IMG/VR virus record: IMGVR_UViG_3300046804_003518
Location: 124,324 to 188,323 of that record
Source: a virus
Length of the DNA stretch: 64,000 nt
Strand: one strand, 5' to 3'
Below, in pieces: positions 62,729 through 64,000 of the stretch. Made by a program: the position numbers and the translations under genes. The first letter of the stretch is position 1; the number at the start of each line of letters is the position of its first letter. The notes beneath the pieces were generated by a model. The model was not told the origin of the DNA. It saw nothing but the letters and a program-made list of their open reading frames with translations, and searched no databases.

Positions 62729-63289
62729 ATGGTAACTTTAGTAAACAATATACCTTCAGTTATATCTGATCGAGTAGAAGATTGGGTGACGGGAACAAAA
62801 ATTCCATGGTTTTATTTTAACCACACTCTCGGTGTCAACCCTAAGGGAGCGTATAGCGTTGACCAGGACAAGTATATCATCAAAGACCTTCCTAGGTTCA
62901 CACACTACTTTTTTCCAAACTCAAAAACATTAGTAGAGGATAAGGCTGCTATTCAACCATTGACCGAATGGATAAAGGCTAACTATTTACCTAATTATGA
63001 TGTGAAGAGGGTAATGGGTAACCTCACAACACAAATGGCTGATGCTAACAAATATTTAAACATACCGCATGTTGATTCAGATGCTGATACAATGTATACT
63101 TTTCTTTACTATGTAAATAGTAGCGATGGAAAGACAGTGTTCTTTAAAGACAGAAAAATTGATTGTGAGGTAGACCCTATAAAGGGAACTGGTGCTTTGT
63201 TTCCGTCAAATGTTATTCATGCCGGCCAAATTCCACATATAAATACAAGCAGGTATGTGATTAATATTATCTTTTCAAAGCGGGATTGA
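62729..63289 (+). CDS. 2OG-Fe(II) oxygenase
   Basis: PHVD, TFLYYVNSSDGKT, PIKGTGALFPSNVIHAG, RYVIN; stop lies inside tRNA-Gly. Confidence 0.82.
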   Translation: MVTLVNNIPSVISDRVEDWVTGTKIPWFYFNHTLGVNPKGAYSVDQDKYIIKDLPRFTHYFFPNSKTLVEDKAAIQPLTEWIKANYLPNYDVKRVMGNLTTQMADANKYLNIPHVDSDADTMYTFLYYVNSSDGKTVFFKDRKIDCEVDPIKGTGALFPSNVIHAGQIPHINTSRYVINIIFSKRD

Positions 63290-63353
63290 TGTAATGGTAG
63301 CCTGGAACCTTGCCAAGGTTCACGCGCGAGTTCGATTCTCGCATCCCGCTCCA
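63280..63353 (+). tRNA. tRNA-Gly(GCC)
   Basis: GCGGGAT/ATCCCGC-TCCA, loop TT-GCC-AA. Confidence 0.92.
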
Positions 63354-63363
63354 GGAGCTTATA

Positions 63364-63996
63364 ATGGTTGAAGTTATTACAGTGGATAAGGGGTTAGCAG
63401 ATGAGGTGGAGGCTGAGTTGTACTCGCCACTCAAACCTCAGTGGGGATATTATAATATGACAACTGAGTTCTATCATAAGAATGCTAACGATCAACAAAG
63501 AGCAGTGATCGATAAACATTCTCAGGCATACGGGCCCGTAATAGATACTCAGCGATTTACGTTTCCTATATACTCTCGTTTGCCAGAACCAAATAACCAA
63601 CAATCATTTTTTCAAATTCGTAGTAACCCAAACTCATTATACAGAAAAAGATTTAAATTTCTACCAGACCTAATTGATCATCTCCAAGGGAACTACATTC
63701 CACCTCGCTACATTGTAGATAGATTTATTGTTAACATGCAGCTGATAAGACCACAATGGTCAATGAATGCTATCCACCCTGATACAAGAGTCCCTGGAGC
63801 ATTGACTATTCTATATTATGTTAACAATAGTGATGGTGATACTTTCTTCTTCGATGACGATACTTGTATAAAAAGAGTGCCTCCTATTAAGGGAACTGCT
63901 GCCATATACCCATCGTCAACCTATCATGCTGGTTCAACTCCTGTTCAACATGAAACAAGAACAGTGGTCAATATAGTGTTCGTGCCTAAAAATTAA
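63364..63996 (+). CDS. 2OG-Fe(II) oxygenase
   Basis: IHPD, TILYYVNNSDGDT, PIKGTAAIYPSSTYHAGS, RTVVN; SD AGGAG abuts the tRNA CCA; start moved to ATG 63364. Confidence 0.82.
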   Translation: MVEVITVDKGLADEVEAELYSPLKPQWGYYNMTTEFYHKNANDQQRAVIDKHSQAYGPVIDTQRFTFPIYSRLPEPNNQQSFFQIRSNPNSLYRKRFKFLPDLIDHLQGNYIPPRYIVDRFIVNMQLIRPQWSMNAIHPDTRVPGALTILYYVNNSDGDTFFFDDDTCIKRVPPIKGTAAIYPSSTYHAGSTPVQHETRTVVNIVFVPKN

Positions 63997-64000
63997 ATAA

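Noticed and set aside
1-64000. Stop-codon reassignment (alternative genetic code)
   Set aside because: Genes tile densely under the standard code with TAA, TAG and TGA all used as stops, and no suppressor tRNA is present.

Overview
A 64-kb segment of a large T4-like myovirus genome (Tevenvirinae/Kyanoviridae-like architecture). Nearly all genes are on the + strand. Core T4-like genes: DNA primase gp61, nrdA/nrdB, RNase H, gp33 late co-activator, dCMP deaminase, PhoH, a PD-(D/E)xK exonuclease, and T4-type late promoters (TATAAATA) alongside sigma70 early promoters. From left to right: putative internal-head/virion proteins; a lysis-like block (GH19+M15 endolysin, spanin-like pair); secreted low-complexity proteins; and many auxiliary genes (SOD, AhpC/AhpD, PurA, glycosyl-, sulfo-, methyl- and carbamoyltransferases, an APS kinase-NTase fusion, six 2OG-Fe(II) oxygenases, a flavin halogenase-like protein). 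RNA genes include a circularly permuted two-piece tmRNA (tag ANDDVYNMALAA) and a 23-tRNA array. The array is interleaved with several unannotated structured RNAs, one carrying a textbook hammerhead ribozyme core. Clusters of IHF-consensus sites precede three early promoters, two of which appear to give leaderless mRNAs. Three homing-type endonucleases each have their own late promoter. The host is probably a proteobacterium (alphaproteobacterial-type tmRNA). All calls are from motif recognition by eye; no database search was run.
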